64,000 nt of DNA, from contig CAWIEK010000003.1 of the NCBI GenBank assembly GCA_963835065.1, positions 128,001 to 192,000 of the forward strand, read 5' to 3'. Origin of the DNA: an uncultured Chthonomonadaceae bacterium (lineage in GTDB: Bacteria > Armatimonadota > Chthonomonadetes > Chthonomonadales > Chthonomonadaceae). Every line of letters begins with the position of its first letter. Positions within the stretch are counted from its first letter, which is position 1. A program made the translations under genes and the position numbers. The notes beneath the pieces are model-generated. The model saw only the letters and a list, made by a program, of their open reading frames with translations, did no database searches and was not told the origin of the DNA. Below are positions 11,614 through 21,528 of the stretch, piece after piece.

Positions 11614-12111
11614 CTACTCCTTCTCCGCCTCCTGATTGATGACGCTTTCTGCCAGTTTGCTCAGGATTTTGTCCGTGTGCTTTTCCTCGGTGAGCGTCTT
11701 TTTCAGCAGGTTCACCGCGTCTTCTTCGCCCAGTTGCTCGGCATACGTAATTACCGTGCCATAAGAAGCGATTTCGTAATGCTCGATCTTCTGCGACGCG
11801 GCCAGCAGAGCCGCATCGCGGACGAACGGATCCGGCTGCTCCTTGAGGATATCCTCGCCCTCCCTGACAAGCCCGCTCATGGCTTTGCACGTTTTGCCCG
11901 TCGGCTTTTCGCCCAACTTGTCGAATATCTGCTCCAGGCGTTGCACATGCTCCTGGGTCTGTTCCATGTGCAATTGCATGGCTTCCTTGAGTTCCGGGTG
12001 CGTGACGGCTTCCAACAGTTTCGGATAGGCTTTGATGGCCTGATTTTCGGCGTTGTAAATGTCTTTCAAGTCTTCCAGGTACAGGTCTTGCAGCGAGGCC
12101 GTAGCGGTCAT
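11614..12111 (-). CDS. Ferritin-like DUF892 (YciE/YciF family) protein
   Basis: LKDIYNAENQ, CKAMSGLVREG, ASQKIEHYEIASYGT. Confidence 0.92.
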   Translation of the reverse strand: MTATASLQDLYLEDLKDIYNAENQAIKAYPKLLEAVTHPELKEAMQLHMEQTQEHVQRLEQIFDKLGEKPTGKTCKAMSGLVREGEDILKEQPDPFVRDAALLAASQKIEHYEIASYGTVITYAEQLGEEDAVNLLKKTLTEEKHTDKILSKLAESVINQEAEKE

Positions 12112-12446
12112 AGGGTTGGTCTCCTTACAGGTTCCCCATCATGAGGGGGAGGCCGATCACACAAGTTATGTCCGCAGCCACTCCGATACCATCCCCTGAA
12201 TTGGCATGGCAGTCGCTTACCCCGCGGATAGGAAGTTCAGACGCAAGCTGTAAAACAAGCGAGCGTTCCAAACTAAAAATGTCCATCATCCCTGGCGGAA
12301 GCGGGACATGGGCTGCTGCGCAAAGGACTAAAATGGCGCGTGGTATGTTCCCGCGCTTCAGCTCCATTGCTCCGTTATTTCGCTATACAATCTCCTCTTT
12401 ACGCCCCTAAAGCCTTGCCAAATATTTCCTTGCGGAAACTAACATT

Positions 12447-13616
12447 CTAAACGTTGACAGGGAGGACTGTAGCAGAAACAGCCTGCAACTGACACTCAGA
12501 TGCAGGAAGTTTTGTGTTGATCAGGCGACCATGTGGTGGCGCTTCCAAAAGGTTTGGCACAGATATTTGTCCATTGCTGAGGCGGACAAGGCAAAAACAC
12601 TCTTGCGGTTTTCGGATAGCATGAGAAAGCAGTGTCATGCCGCGAGGCGGCAAGCCGGACAGTCTTTGTGGAGTCCTGTTTATTCGATCAGGAGGAGTAT
12701 AGCGAATTGCTAATGATTGTGGGGGCAGATTACCGAGATCGTATGTTGAAAAGGGAATAAAGCTTATCGGCTGATTGTGGTACTTGACACGTCCGCTTTC
12801 GTACTCTGTCAGGAAGCCGAATACAGCATCTCCTTGTACGTTCGCATACAATCTAACGGCTCCATCAGGCAGAGCAATATTGAGGTCTACTCGCGTGATT
12901 GCTGCATCAGGCCAAAGAACAATATCATAGGCAGAGTTTGCATCATCTTCGATTCCATACGAGGGCGGAGTGGCATGAGCCAGCGAATGTGCCATTGCCC
13001 ATCCTTCCTGCATACGAATGTCGGACATTGTCATGCGATACAAGCGGCATAATCGGATGAAATCTTGGAGATTGCGGGGCTTAATCACAAGGAGTATCGA
13101 CATCAAAGCGGCTTCCGCTGTAAGATGTGTAAGTCTGCCGAATTCATGCGAGGGCCGTTGAATGACATTACATCGGCGGCATCGAAAAGCAATATTCTCA
13201 ATGGTATCTGCATCAAGCGGGTCCAGGAAACTTTCGCGCGCTTGAATATGGTCCGCCTGAAGTTCAAGACGAGTGCCGCAATCAGCACATTGGCTGGTTT
13301 GCTGATACATCCACTCCATCACAATTCTCATAGTGCTCCCCTTACCGTAATTGCGTTGGAAGCCTTTTGAGGAGGCTAAACTTGTGCCAACCTGAGAGGG
13401 GTTTAAGTGTCCCAACACTAATGCTGCCACTTCCTTCCACGAAAAGAACTTGGAGGCAACTAAGCTGCTGAGTAGATCAAGCCATTGCTGATCATCCCAG
13501 GTTTGGTCTTGCAATCCAAATGCGGCAGGCGTGGACATTGGCGCTGAAATATTGTGAGGAGTAGATTCGCCCGGCTGATGGTCTGCTATTACGTCCATAT
13601 CTACATCGTTATTCAT
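12447..13616 (-). CDS. HNH endonuclease, putative restriction endonuclease
   Basis: CADCG-x6-DH...ENIAFRCRRCN; ATGA overlap with upstream XRE gene; lower-GC region. Confidence 0.75.
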   Translation of the reverse strand: MNNDVDMDVIADHQPGESTPHNISAPMSTPAAFGLQDQTWDDQQWLDLLSSLVASKFFSWKEVAALVLGHLNPSQVGTSLASSKGFQRNYGKGSTMRIVMEWMYQQTSQCADCGTRLELQADHIQARESFLDPLDADTIENIAFRCRRCNVIQRPSHEFGRLTHLTAEAALMSILLVIKPRNLQDFIRLCRLYRMTMSDIRMQEGWAMAHSLAHATPPSYGIEDDANSAYDIVLWPDAAITRVDLNIALPDGAVRLYANVQGDAVFGFLTEYESGRVKYHNQPISFIPFSTYDLGNLPPQSLAIRYTPPDRINRTPQRLSGLPPRGMTLLSHAIRKPQECFCLVRLSNGQISVPNLLEAPPHGRLINTKLPASECQLQAVSATVLPVNV

Positions 13617-13882
13617 GATAAACCTCTGCGGTTCAGTTCTTGCTCAAAAGAGGCCACAAAGCATTGAAAATCCAGTCCTAATGCCTGGCAAATAGCGCGT
13701 AGTTCAATTACATCCAGGCGGCGTTCGGTCCGCTCGTACTTGCTGATATAGGATTGGTCCACTTCGAGACGGCTGGCAAGTTCCGTTTGCGTTACATCGG
13801 CTTTCTCACGCGCTGCGCGCAGACATTCGATGAGTACAAGGTAGCTCGCAGCGTGTATAGTTTTTGTGCGTCGCTCTATCAT
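13613..13882 (-). CDS. XRE-family HTH regulator, putative R-M controller (C) protein
   Basis: LRAAREKADVTQTELASRLEVDQSYISKYERTERRLD; position upstream of the nuclease and divergent from the MTase. Confidence 0.85.
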   Translation of the reverse strand: MIERRTKTIHAASYLVLIECLRAAREKADVTQTELASRLEVDQSYISKYERTERRLDVIELRAICQALGLDFQCFVASFEQELNRRGLS

Positions 13883-13894
13883 CTTGCAAATGGA

Positions 13895-13930
13895 ATACTC
13901 AAAAGGGTATATTTATGCCAAAATAGCATA
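13895..13930. promoter_or_regulatory. Tandem palindromic operator (C-box-like)
   Basis: ATACTC-AAAA-GGGTAT (13895-13910) and TATGC-CAAAATA-GCATA (13914-13930), 12 nt upstream of the XRE start. Confidence 0.6.
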
Positions 13931-13976
13931 TAGAAGTTTGGAAAGCAAACGTTTTGGCAGGGGGTATGTAATTGTC

Positions 13977-16320
13977 ATGTCGAGGGCTGTCGAACAATTG
14001 GTACAGGAGTTTAGGGAGACGCTCTGCTGTGAGTGGCATCCGCCAATAGATTTATTGGAAGCTGCCGGCGAGATTCTGGCGGGGAAGGAACAGTTGTTGG
14101 TTCAAGGCCAGGCAGAGCGTTGGCACGATCTGCTAACGGCCATCAATTCAAAATTTCATTTGAATCATGAACGATTGCAGCGCCTTCTTGATGGCGCTGC
14201 ACACCTGAAGGTATTTCCCAACTATCATGACAAAGCGAAACTCCTTGAATATCTTGATAGAAGTGACGCAGAAGGTTTTACATGCTGGCTAAAGACGCGA
14301 GATTACAACCCGAAGCTGCGAGAGTATTTCCAGCCCATCAAACGAAGTGAAACTCTTGCCGCTCTGGCCGAACAATTGGAACACGCAACCATCAAGCGTA
14401 GCGATGCTAAAAATTGCGATGTTGCTGAACGCAGAGAGAGCATACTACGGTCGCTTTTCGGCGGATATGTTTTTCATTCTCTGCCATTGCATATACTGCA
14501 TTGTTACTTCAACTCCGAGTGCCGTAAGGAGTACACTCCAAATTTTTACCAGCACCTACAGAAGCACTATCCGAAGGTTCTAAGCAGGAAATGCGCCCTT
14601 GTTTTTGCCGTACTGAATGAAACCTTTACCACAAATCGAGAGAACGCTTCCTGTATAGACAACATATTTGCATTGATTGCCGCGTCCTATGAGCGGCTTT
14701 CTAATCATGGCTATCTCTCTATTCTTATCAAACCATTCTTAAATACGAACGATGGCAAACAATGGGAACTCTTCTCTGATATTGTACTTTATGCGGAAAA
14801 GCATAGAGAAGTACAACTAAAAACGGGGTATTTTCACCCCGAACTTATCGCGCAAACAACGCAGGATTACATCCCGAACCTGAATGTCGCAGACGCTGAG
14901 TTCAAAACGGCCCATGAAGGGTTCTTTTACCGTGACTGTATGGTTCTGCCGCATCGAACCATTGAAAACCAGATTGTAACCACGCAGGAACCAGTTGATC
15001 TCCTGCTTCTTTTTCAGAAGAACGAGCGTGACGAAACCGTCATTCCATGTCCAGCCTGTCGTTCTCTTTCGGTGCGAGGGAATTCGTACCCTGCACTTGG
15101 AATCCGCAGTTGGGAATGTCAAAACCCCATCTGCCCGGAGCGCAGCGCATTTGATCGCGGCAACCGATACTCGTTAGAAGCGTTGATAAAGCAGGAAGCA
15201 ATCAACTGTGAGAACAATCAGATTCCAGAAGCAAGCCTGAAGAAGTGGAAATTGGATGTTGTTTCGGTGAGCGGCGAATTAGAGGTTGCTGAAATGCTTC
15301 TTCGGCATTTCAGCCTACATAATGATACGGCAGCGTTCATCAACTTTCCAAATATTTGGGTCTAATGTACTCGGTCGCCATGTCCTCTATGAGAGTTTGT
15401 CTTCCACGGCTGAAGCGACTGGCATCTACACTCGTTTCCAACAATCGTGTCTGTTTCGTCGCTTTCTCATAGATCGTAAGCCTTTGGAGAAACCACTGAT
15501 AAATGAATACGACTGTGGCCTGCCTGGCGTCCGTGTTTTTCAAGGAGACTGCTTTGAGGCGCTGTGTAAACTTGACAGGAATTCTTTTGACGGCGCGGTT
15601 ACATCCCCACCGTACTACAACGCCCGCAGCTACTCCACATGGCCGAACATTTACTGCTACCTCTATGATATGTACAACATAGGCAAACAGGTCTATGATG
15701 TTCTGAAACCCGGCGCGCTCTGGCTGTTCAACATCTTCGATTATTTCGATAATGAGAACATTGTCGCTTTGTCTGCAATGGGCAAGAAAAGAATGATTCT
15801 CGGCGCTTACATAATTAACCTTTTCAGACGCATCGGTTTCGAAATAGAGGGCAATACGGTATGGTTTAAGGGTGAAGTGGAAGGCAAGAGGAACTTCAAT
15901 CAAGGAAATCATTCGCCTTATTACCAGCTGCCTCTTAATGCGTGGGAGCATATCTTCATTTTCCGCAAGCCAGGTACTGCTGCTACGCGCTACTCCTTTC
16001 CTCGTATCTTAGCAACAAAGCCTGTGATTAAGATGAAGGGCGGCAAGAATGTTTTGGGACATACAGCGCCCTTCCCATCCAGCATCCCTGATTTACTGCT
16101 AAGTCAGTTGGAAGCGGGAAGGGCTGTTCTTGATCCTTTTTCCGGCAGCATGACAACCGGGCGGGCTGCTCACAAACGTAACATTCAATCTACATCTTTG
16201 GAACTTCATTCGGATTACTGTAAACTCGGCATTAATCTACTACGAGCCGAAAATGGGATGCCGACACTGTATACTCCCACGCATCCTTTTGGCGGCTTAT
16301 TTGATGAGCCATCAGAGTAG
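13977..16320 (+). CDS. Large beta-class N4-cytosine DNA methyltransferase with N-terminal extension and Zn ribbon (frameshift near 15350)
   Basis: GDC, VTSPPYY, HTAPFP, VLDPFSGSMTT; CPAC...WECQNPIC in the upstream ORF. Confidence 0.8.
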
Positions 16321-16326
16321 TTTGCC

Positions 16327-16893
16327 TCAGTACCCTCGGAATATAAACGCGCAGGACAACTGCCCGGCTATATTCAAGCGCCGCGCGTTATACAACGCCA
16401 TTCCCGCACAGGCGGCGAGCAAAAGGATGATGACAATGGGAATGCGCCTGGTTGCGGCCAACCCTGCGCTGCTTACGGCAATGGCAAGACTGCGCAGGTC
16501 GAGGCCGTTGCCGCGCAGAAAGCCCCACAGTACGACCCCAAAAATGCCGACAACCGCCAGTCCCAGGCCGCGCATAAATCCTTCCACTGCCGGATGGTGC
16601 TGAACCCGGCGATAAAGTTTTTCAACTCCCAGCACCAGCAGGGGCGGCAGGCAAATGGCGACAACCGCCAGCATCGCTCCGGTCAGGCCATTGGTCAGGT
16701 AGCCCAGGCACACGACCCACAGGCCGTTCGGTCCGGGTGAAATCTGGCCGATTGCCAGGGCTTCCACGAATTGACGCTCCACTGCCCACCGTCGCGCCAG
16801 CAGGTCGGCGTGGAGGCTCGGCAGGTTGCCCATGCCGCCCGTAGAAAACAACGACGCTTTCAGGAACAGGACGAAGTACAGCAGCGGGTTCAT
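16327..16893 (-). CDS. Short-chain chromate transporter subunit (CHR family)
   Basis: FSTGGMG, QFVEALAIGQISPGPNG. Confidence 0.9.
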   Translation of the reverse strand: MNPLLYFVLFLKASLFSTGGMGNLPSLHADLLARRWAVERQFVEALAIGQISPGPNGLWVVCLGYLTNGLTGAMLAVVAICLPPLLVLGVEKLYRRVQHHPAVEGFMRGLGLAVVGIFGVVLWGFLRGNGLDLRSLAIAVSSAGLAATRRIPIVIILLLAACAGMALYNARRLNIAGQLSCAFIFRGY

Positions 16894-17534
16894 GGCGCGT
16901 TGTCTCCGTCCGGGGTTGAATCCGGCGGCGAAGCGGGACGCCCGCTTTCCAGCAGAAAATGCGCCAGCGCGCCAATTATGCCCGCCCCGCCCAATATCAA
17001 AATTACGGAACTGCGCCAGCGCAATGCCGCCAGTACGCTTGCCGCCAACAGGCCAAGATACGCCCAAAAAGACAACGGGCTTTCCCGCCGCGCAGCCACA
17101 AGGGGAGAACGCGCCATCTGATACGCGGTTAATGCGCCCAGGCCAACGGTTGCGGGCACAACGCCGCGCAGAGCCGCCTGCATCAAAGGCAAGCGCTGAA
17201 TGTGCGCGTAGCTTGCCGTCAGCAGAAGGGTCACGGTCACGCTAGGCAGCAGCAGGCCGAACATGCAAATCGCAATGCCCTGCCATCCCGCAATGCGCTT
17301 GCCGATCAGAATGGTCATGGCAAGCAAGTTGATCCCCGGCGCGGCCTGCACCAATGTCCATTCGCGGGTAAATTCCGCTTCCGGCATCCACCCATAGCGC
17401 TCCACCACCGCCTGCCGAATCAGCGCCAGTGTCGCCACGCCGCCCCCAAACGATTGCAGCCCAAGCGCCAGCCAAACGCGCAGCAGCAATCCCGGCGAGG
17501 GTTTTTTCACGTCCGTATCCACAGATGCTTTCAT
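16890..17534 (-). CDS. Short-chain chromate transporter subunit (CHR family)
   Basis: GLQSFGGG, VERYGWMPEAEF, QAAPGIN. Confidence 0.9.
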   Translation of the reverse strand: MKASVDTDVKKPSPGLLLRVWLALGLQSFGGGVATLALIRQAVVERYGWMPEAEFTREWTLVQAAPGINLLAMTILIGKRIAGWQGIAICMFGLLLPSVTVTLLLTASYAHIQRLPLMQAALRGVVPATVGLGALTAYQMARSPLVAARRESPLSFWAYLGLLAASVLAALRWRSSVILILGGAGIIGALAHFLLESGRPASPPDSTPDGDNAP

Positions 17535-17544
17535 AACAACCCTG

Positions 17545-18846
17545 CTATACTTCCACAACGTCACCGGTATGCGTGGTATCATACCCGCCCAGCGCTTTGA
17601 GCTGCGAGACGATCCAGCGATGGCGCAAAGTGCCGAGTAACTGCTGTACAGGTTCAAAGCCCAGCGTTTCTTTGCGCAGCGCCAGATCATAGCGCACCGA
17701 ACGCAGCGGCACGAAGCCCAGCCCGTAAATCGCGGCTACGGACGACGCGCTGACGCCCGCATCCGCCGTTCCCGCCTGCACCGCCTGCGCCACTTCCAGA
17801 TGCCCCGCGACAATCTGTTCGTATCCTGCGACCTTCCCCGAATCTACGCCCTCGCTTTGCAGCAAACTGTCGAGCAGCAGCCGGGATCCCGCTCCGATTT
17901 CCCGGTTCACGATGCGAACGCCCGCCTGCGTCAAATCCGCTCCCGTTTGAATGTGCCGGGGATTGCCCGCTGCGACCACCAGCCCTTCCTCCCACACGCC
18001 CAGATTGACCAGAACAAGGGGATGAGGCTTCATGATCTGCCGCGCGAACGGCGCGTTGTCGTGCCCGCCATGCAGGTCGCACAGATGGACGCCCGCCGCG
18101 TGAACTTCGCCCCGCGCCAAACTTTGCAGCGCCCGCGTGCTGTTGGCGTGATGCCAGTGTACGCGCAGGCCGGGATGCCAGCGCTCCGCCGAACGCGCCC
18201 ACAGCGATAAGGCGGGCGCGCAGCCCGCCAACAGAACCGTGCGCAGCAGGGCGTCCGGCTCGTCCATCAGGCGCACGGAAATGTTCTCGAATGTACCCTG
18301 CGCGGTTCTCTCTCCAGCCCTCTTGGTCGGTAATTCAGCCAGTCCGTCCGCAGGGATCAATTCGGCTCGTACAGCCTGCACATTCTGCAAGGGATGCGCG
18401 ATCCATCTGCCGCCAATATGCGCCAGCGTCACGCGCAGCGGCAAATGCGTTCCACTTGCCACTGCTTTTGCGCTGTCGGCGGCAAGTCCGGGTTGGCCTG
18501 TAGGGGGCGCGTGGGCGCTTGCTTGTGTTTCGCCTTCTGCGGCCTGCGAAAACTCAGAGGAAAAGTCAGAGGGAGACGCAGGGGAAACCAATGTCGCCTG
18601 TATGGTCGGCAGGTCGTCCTCCAGCCAGAACAAATCTTCTACGCGGCAGCCCAACGCTTTCGCCAGCCGCAGCGCCACCGCCGCCGAGGGCGCGTACAAT
18701 CCCGCTTCAATCCCGCCAATGGTTTGCCGCGTGATACCCGCCGCGCCCGCCAGTTCCCGCTGACTCAGCCCAAGCCGCGTCCGCGTCGCCAGCAGCCGGT
18801 TCTTGAGACTGCCCTCTGTTTTCACTTCTTTGCCGTCCGCTTTCAT
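17545..18846 (-). CDS. XRE-HTH + PBP-superfamily (molybdate-binding-like) regulator
   Basis: N-terminal HTH (LSQRELAGAAGITRQTIGGIEAG); GEVHAAGVHL, VNREIGAGSRLLLD, GLGFVPL. Confidence 0.85.
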   Translation of the reverse strand: MKADGKEVKTEGSLKNRLLATRTRLGLSQRELAGAAGITRQTIGGIEAGLYAPSAAVALRLAKALGCRVEDLFWLEDDLPTIQATLVSPASPSDFSSEFSQAAEGETQASAHAPPTGQPGLAADSAKAVASGTHLPLRVTLAHIGGRWIAHPLQNVQAVRAELIPADGLAELPTKRAGERTAQGTFENISVRLMDEPDALLRTVLLAGCAPALSLWARSAERWHPGLRVHWHHANSTRALQSLARGEVHAAGVHLCDLHGGHDNAPFARQIMKPHPLVLVNLGVWEEGLVVAAGNPRHIQTGADLTQAGVRIVNREIGAGSRLLLDSLLQSEGVDSGKVAGYEQIVAGHLEVAQAVQAGTADAGVSASSVAAIYGLGFVPLRSVRYDLALRKETLGFEPVQQLLGTLRHRWIVSQLKALGGYDTTHTGDVVEV

Positions 18847-18975
18847 AGTTCTCCACAAAATCGTTCCCGACTACAGGAAATAGGCAATTATTTCTAACTC
18901 ATAGTCGTAAATACTTGCGTCACACCCACTTCTTTCCTTACTTCAAGTTCCATGCCAATAAGAGGAGTTCACGCC

Positions 18976-19905
18976 ATGTTCATCACGCATCCTTCATCCT
19001 TCAGCGCCACACGCCCTTTCAACACCCAACACCGAATACCCAACACAGGGAACAGGAAACAGGTCACAGGGAATAGGAACCTGTTACTTAATGCTCAACG
19101 CTCAACGCTCAACGCTCAACACTCTTCTCAACGCTCAACGCTCAACGCTTTTACTCTCATCGAATTACTCGTCGTGATCGCCATTATCGCGATTCTCGCC
19201 GCCATTCTGTTCCCCGTATTCGCGCAGGCGCGGGAAAAGGGACGGCAAACCGCCTGCATCAGCAACCAGCATCAAATGGCACTGGCGCTGTCAATGTACC
19301 GCAATGATTACGATGAGGTCAACTGCCGCTACCGATTTTGCGACCCCGCTTACGCCAACGACCCGCTTTGCGCGAATTTAGCGACGGCCACCAAATACAC
19401 CGGCCCGCTGGAAACGTGGTGGGCGCCCTACGACAACAACATCCTCCCGGAACCCACTCCCCTGCCCATGAACTATATGGGCCTGAAAGCCGGGTTTTTA
19501 CAGCCGTATGTGAAAAACCAGCAGATTTTCCGCTGTCCCTCGTATCGGGAAGGGCAGGTCGGCTACGCCATGAGCTACATCTATAACGGCCCGATGGGAC
19601 AGCCGGATGCGTTTGTCACTAATCCAACCGTATATTTCGTCTGGGATCATGCCAAAACGCCGGGCTGCGCCAATACGGGCAGCATGGGCGCGGCCAATCC
19701 GCCGGGCGCGGGCAACGGTTCGCCAGCTACGCCCGGCTTGCGCGGCCCCTTTCCCATCGAGCAGGATAGCGCGCATACGCACTACCCGGCGCGGCACACG
19801 GACGGTTTTGTCGGCCTGCGCTACGACGGCAGCGCGAAGTTCCGCAAATACTCCGGGCTGGACACCACAACCACGAGCAAAGATTTCATTGCCAACGTTA
19901 ATTAA
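18976..19905 (+). CDS. Prepilin-type N-terminal cleavage/methylation, DUF1559/H-X9-DG protein
   Basis: [43 protein letters not shown]. Confidence 0.9.
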   Translation: MFITHPSSFSATRPFNTQHRIPNTGNRKQVTGNRNLLLNAQRSTLNAQHSSQRSTLNAFTLIELLVVIAIIAILAAILFPVFAQAREKGRQTACISNQHQMALALSMYRNDYDEVNCRYRFCDPAYANDPLCANLATATKYTGPLETWWAPYDNNILPEPTPLPMNYMGLKAGFLQPYVKNQQIFRCPSYREGQVGYAMSYIYNGPMGQPDAFVTNPTVYFVWDHAKTPGCANTGSMGAANPPGAGNGSPATPGLRGPFPIEQDSAHTHYPARHTDGFVGLRYDGSAKFRKYSGLDTTTTSKDFIANVN

Positions 19906-19985
19906 AGGAATAGCGGCGTGGTGTGGTAAGATGAGAGGGACTGCCATCGTCCGACAGGCAGACCACTCAGGACACCAGAAAAACA

Positions 19986-21354
19986 ATGTCTTCTCAGCAC
20001 CCTGAAAGCCTGTTTGGGACAGAAGAAACAACCCCATCTGTTTCTGTTCCCGACGTTGATCCCAATGCGCCGCTTGCTGCCCGGATGCGCCCGCGTACTC
20101 TGGATGAGTTTGCCGGGCAGGAGGGCGTTGTCGGGCCGGGAACGGGACTGCGCCGCGCCATTGAAAACGATCAGCTTACGTCCGTTTTGCTGTGGGGACC
20201 GCCCGGAACCGGCAAATCCACGCTGGCCGAAATTATTGCCCGCACGACCCGCGCCCATTTTGAAAAACTCAATTCGACAACCAGCGGCGTGGCCGATGTG
20301 CGCAAAGTGATCGAAGCCGCCCGTGAGCGTCGGCGCAAATTGAAGCGCAAAACCATTCTCTTTGTGGATGAGATCCACCGCTGGAACAAGGCGCAGCAGG
20401 ACGCGCTGCTGCCGCATGTCGAGGATGGAACCGTTGTGCTGATCGGCGCGACAACCGAGAACCCGTACTTTGAAGTGAACGCGCCCCTGCTGTCCCGTTC
20501 GCGCCTGTTCCGTTTCGAGCGCCTGTCCGAAGAAGCGGTACAACAACTGCTAATTCGCGCCCTGGCCGATGGGGAACGGGGGCTGGGAGAATTGCATATC
20601 CACGCCGATGCCGACGCGCTGGCGTTTCTGGCGCAGATTTCGGGCGGGGATGCGCGGCGGGCGTTGAGCGCGCTGGATTCCGCCGCGCAGTCCCTGACGC
20701 CGGATGCTGAAGGCACAGCGGCATTTGACGCTGGCATTGGCGGAAGAAGGGGCGCAGGCGCGTTCCGTGTCTTATGACCGGGATGGCGACGAGCATTACG
20801 ATACGGTATCCGCCTTCATCAAGTCCATGCGCGGCTCCGACCCCGATGGGGCGCTATACTGGCTCGCCAAAATGCTTCTAGCGGGCGAGGACATCAAGTT
20901 TATCGCGCGCCGACTGGTGATACTTGCCAGTGAAGATGTGGGCAACGCCGACCCCCTTGCGCTTGTCGTGGCGAACGCAGCCGTGCAAACCGTGATGTTC
21001 GTCGGCATGCCCGAAGCGCAATTAACGCTGTCGCAGGCCGTCACCTATCTTGCATGCGCGCCCAAGAGCAACGCCGCCACCCTTGCTATCGGGCGAGCCA
21101 TGGAAACTATCAAGACGCAGGGCGCGCTTCCCGTTCCCATCCACCTGCGCGACAGCCACTATCCCGGCGCAAAACGCCTGGGGCACGGCGACGGCTACCT
21201 GTACCCCCATGATTTCCCCAACCACCACGTCGCGCAGCAATACCTTCCTGCCGGCGTGATCGGAACCCCCTTCTACGAACCAACCGAGCAAGGGCAGGAA
21301 GCAGCCATCAAAGCGCTTATGGAACGCAAAAGAGACGTTTCGGAACCCGAATAA
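19986..21354 (+). CDS. rarA: Replication-associated recombination protein RarA/MgsA (frameshift near 20720)
   Basis: PLAARMRPRTLDE, GPPGTGKST, DEIHRWNKAQQD, GATTENP; SAFIKSMRGSDPD, ASEDVGNADP. Confidence 0.93.
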
Positions 21355-21528
21355 AGCCCGCGAAAGGCACAAGCCGCAAGTTTGCACAGTCCGATTTGCG
21401 ATAAGATTCCGCGCCGGTTCTTTGCTGATATGTGGACTGCTGTGATATACTAATCCTATAATTTTTGTGTCGGAGGCTAGACTCATGGCTGTTGTAGAGA
21501 TTGAACCGAAAATTTTTTCTGTGGACCA

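Noticed and set aside
12125..12367. 80-aa ORF at the left edge of the R-M island
   Set aside because: No recognisable motif; may be a remnant, and I cannot support it as a gene.
12112..16326. Prophage or integrative element boundaries around the R-M island
   Set aside because: No integrase, tRNA target or flanking direct repeats detected by eye.
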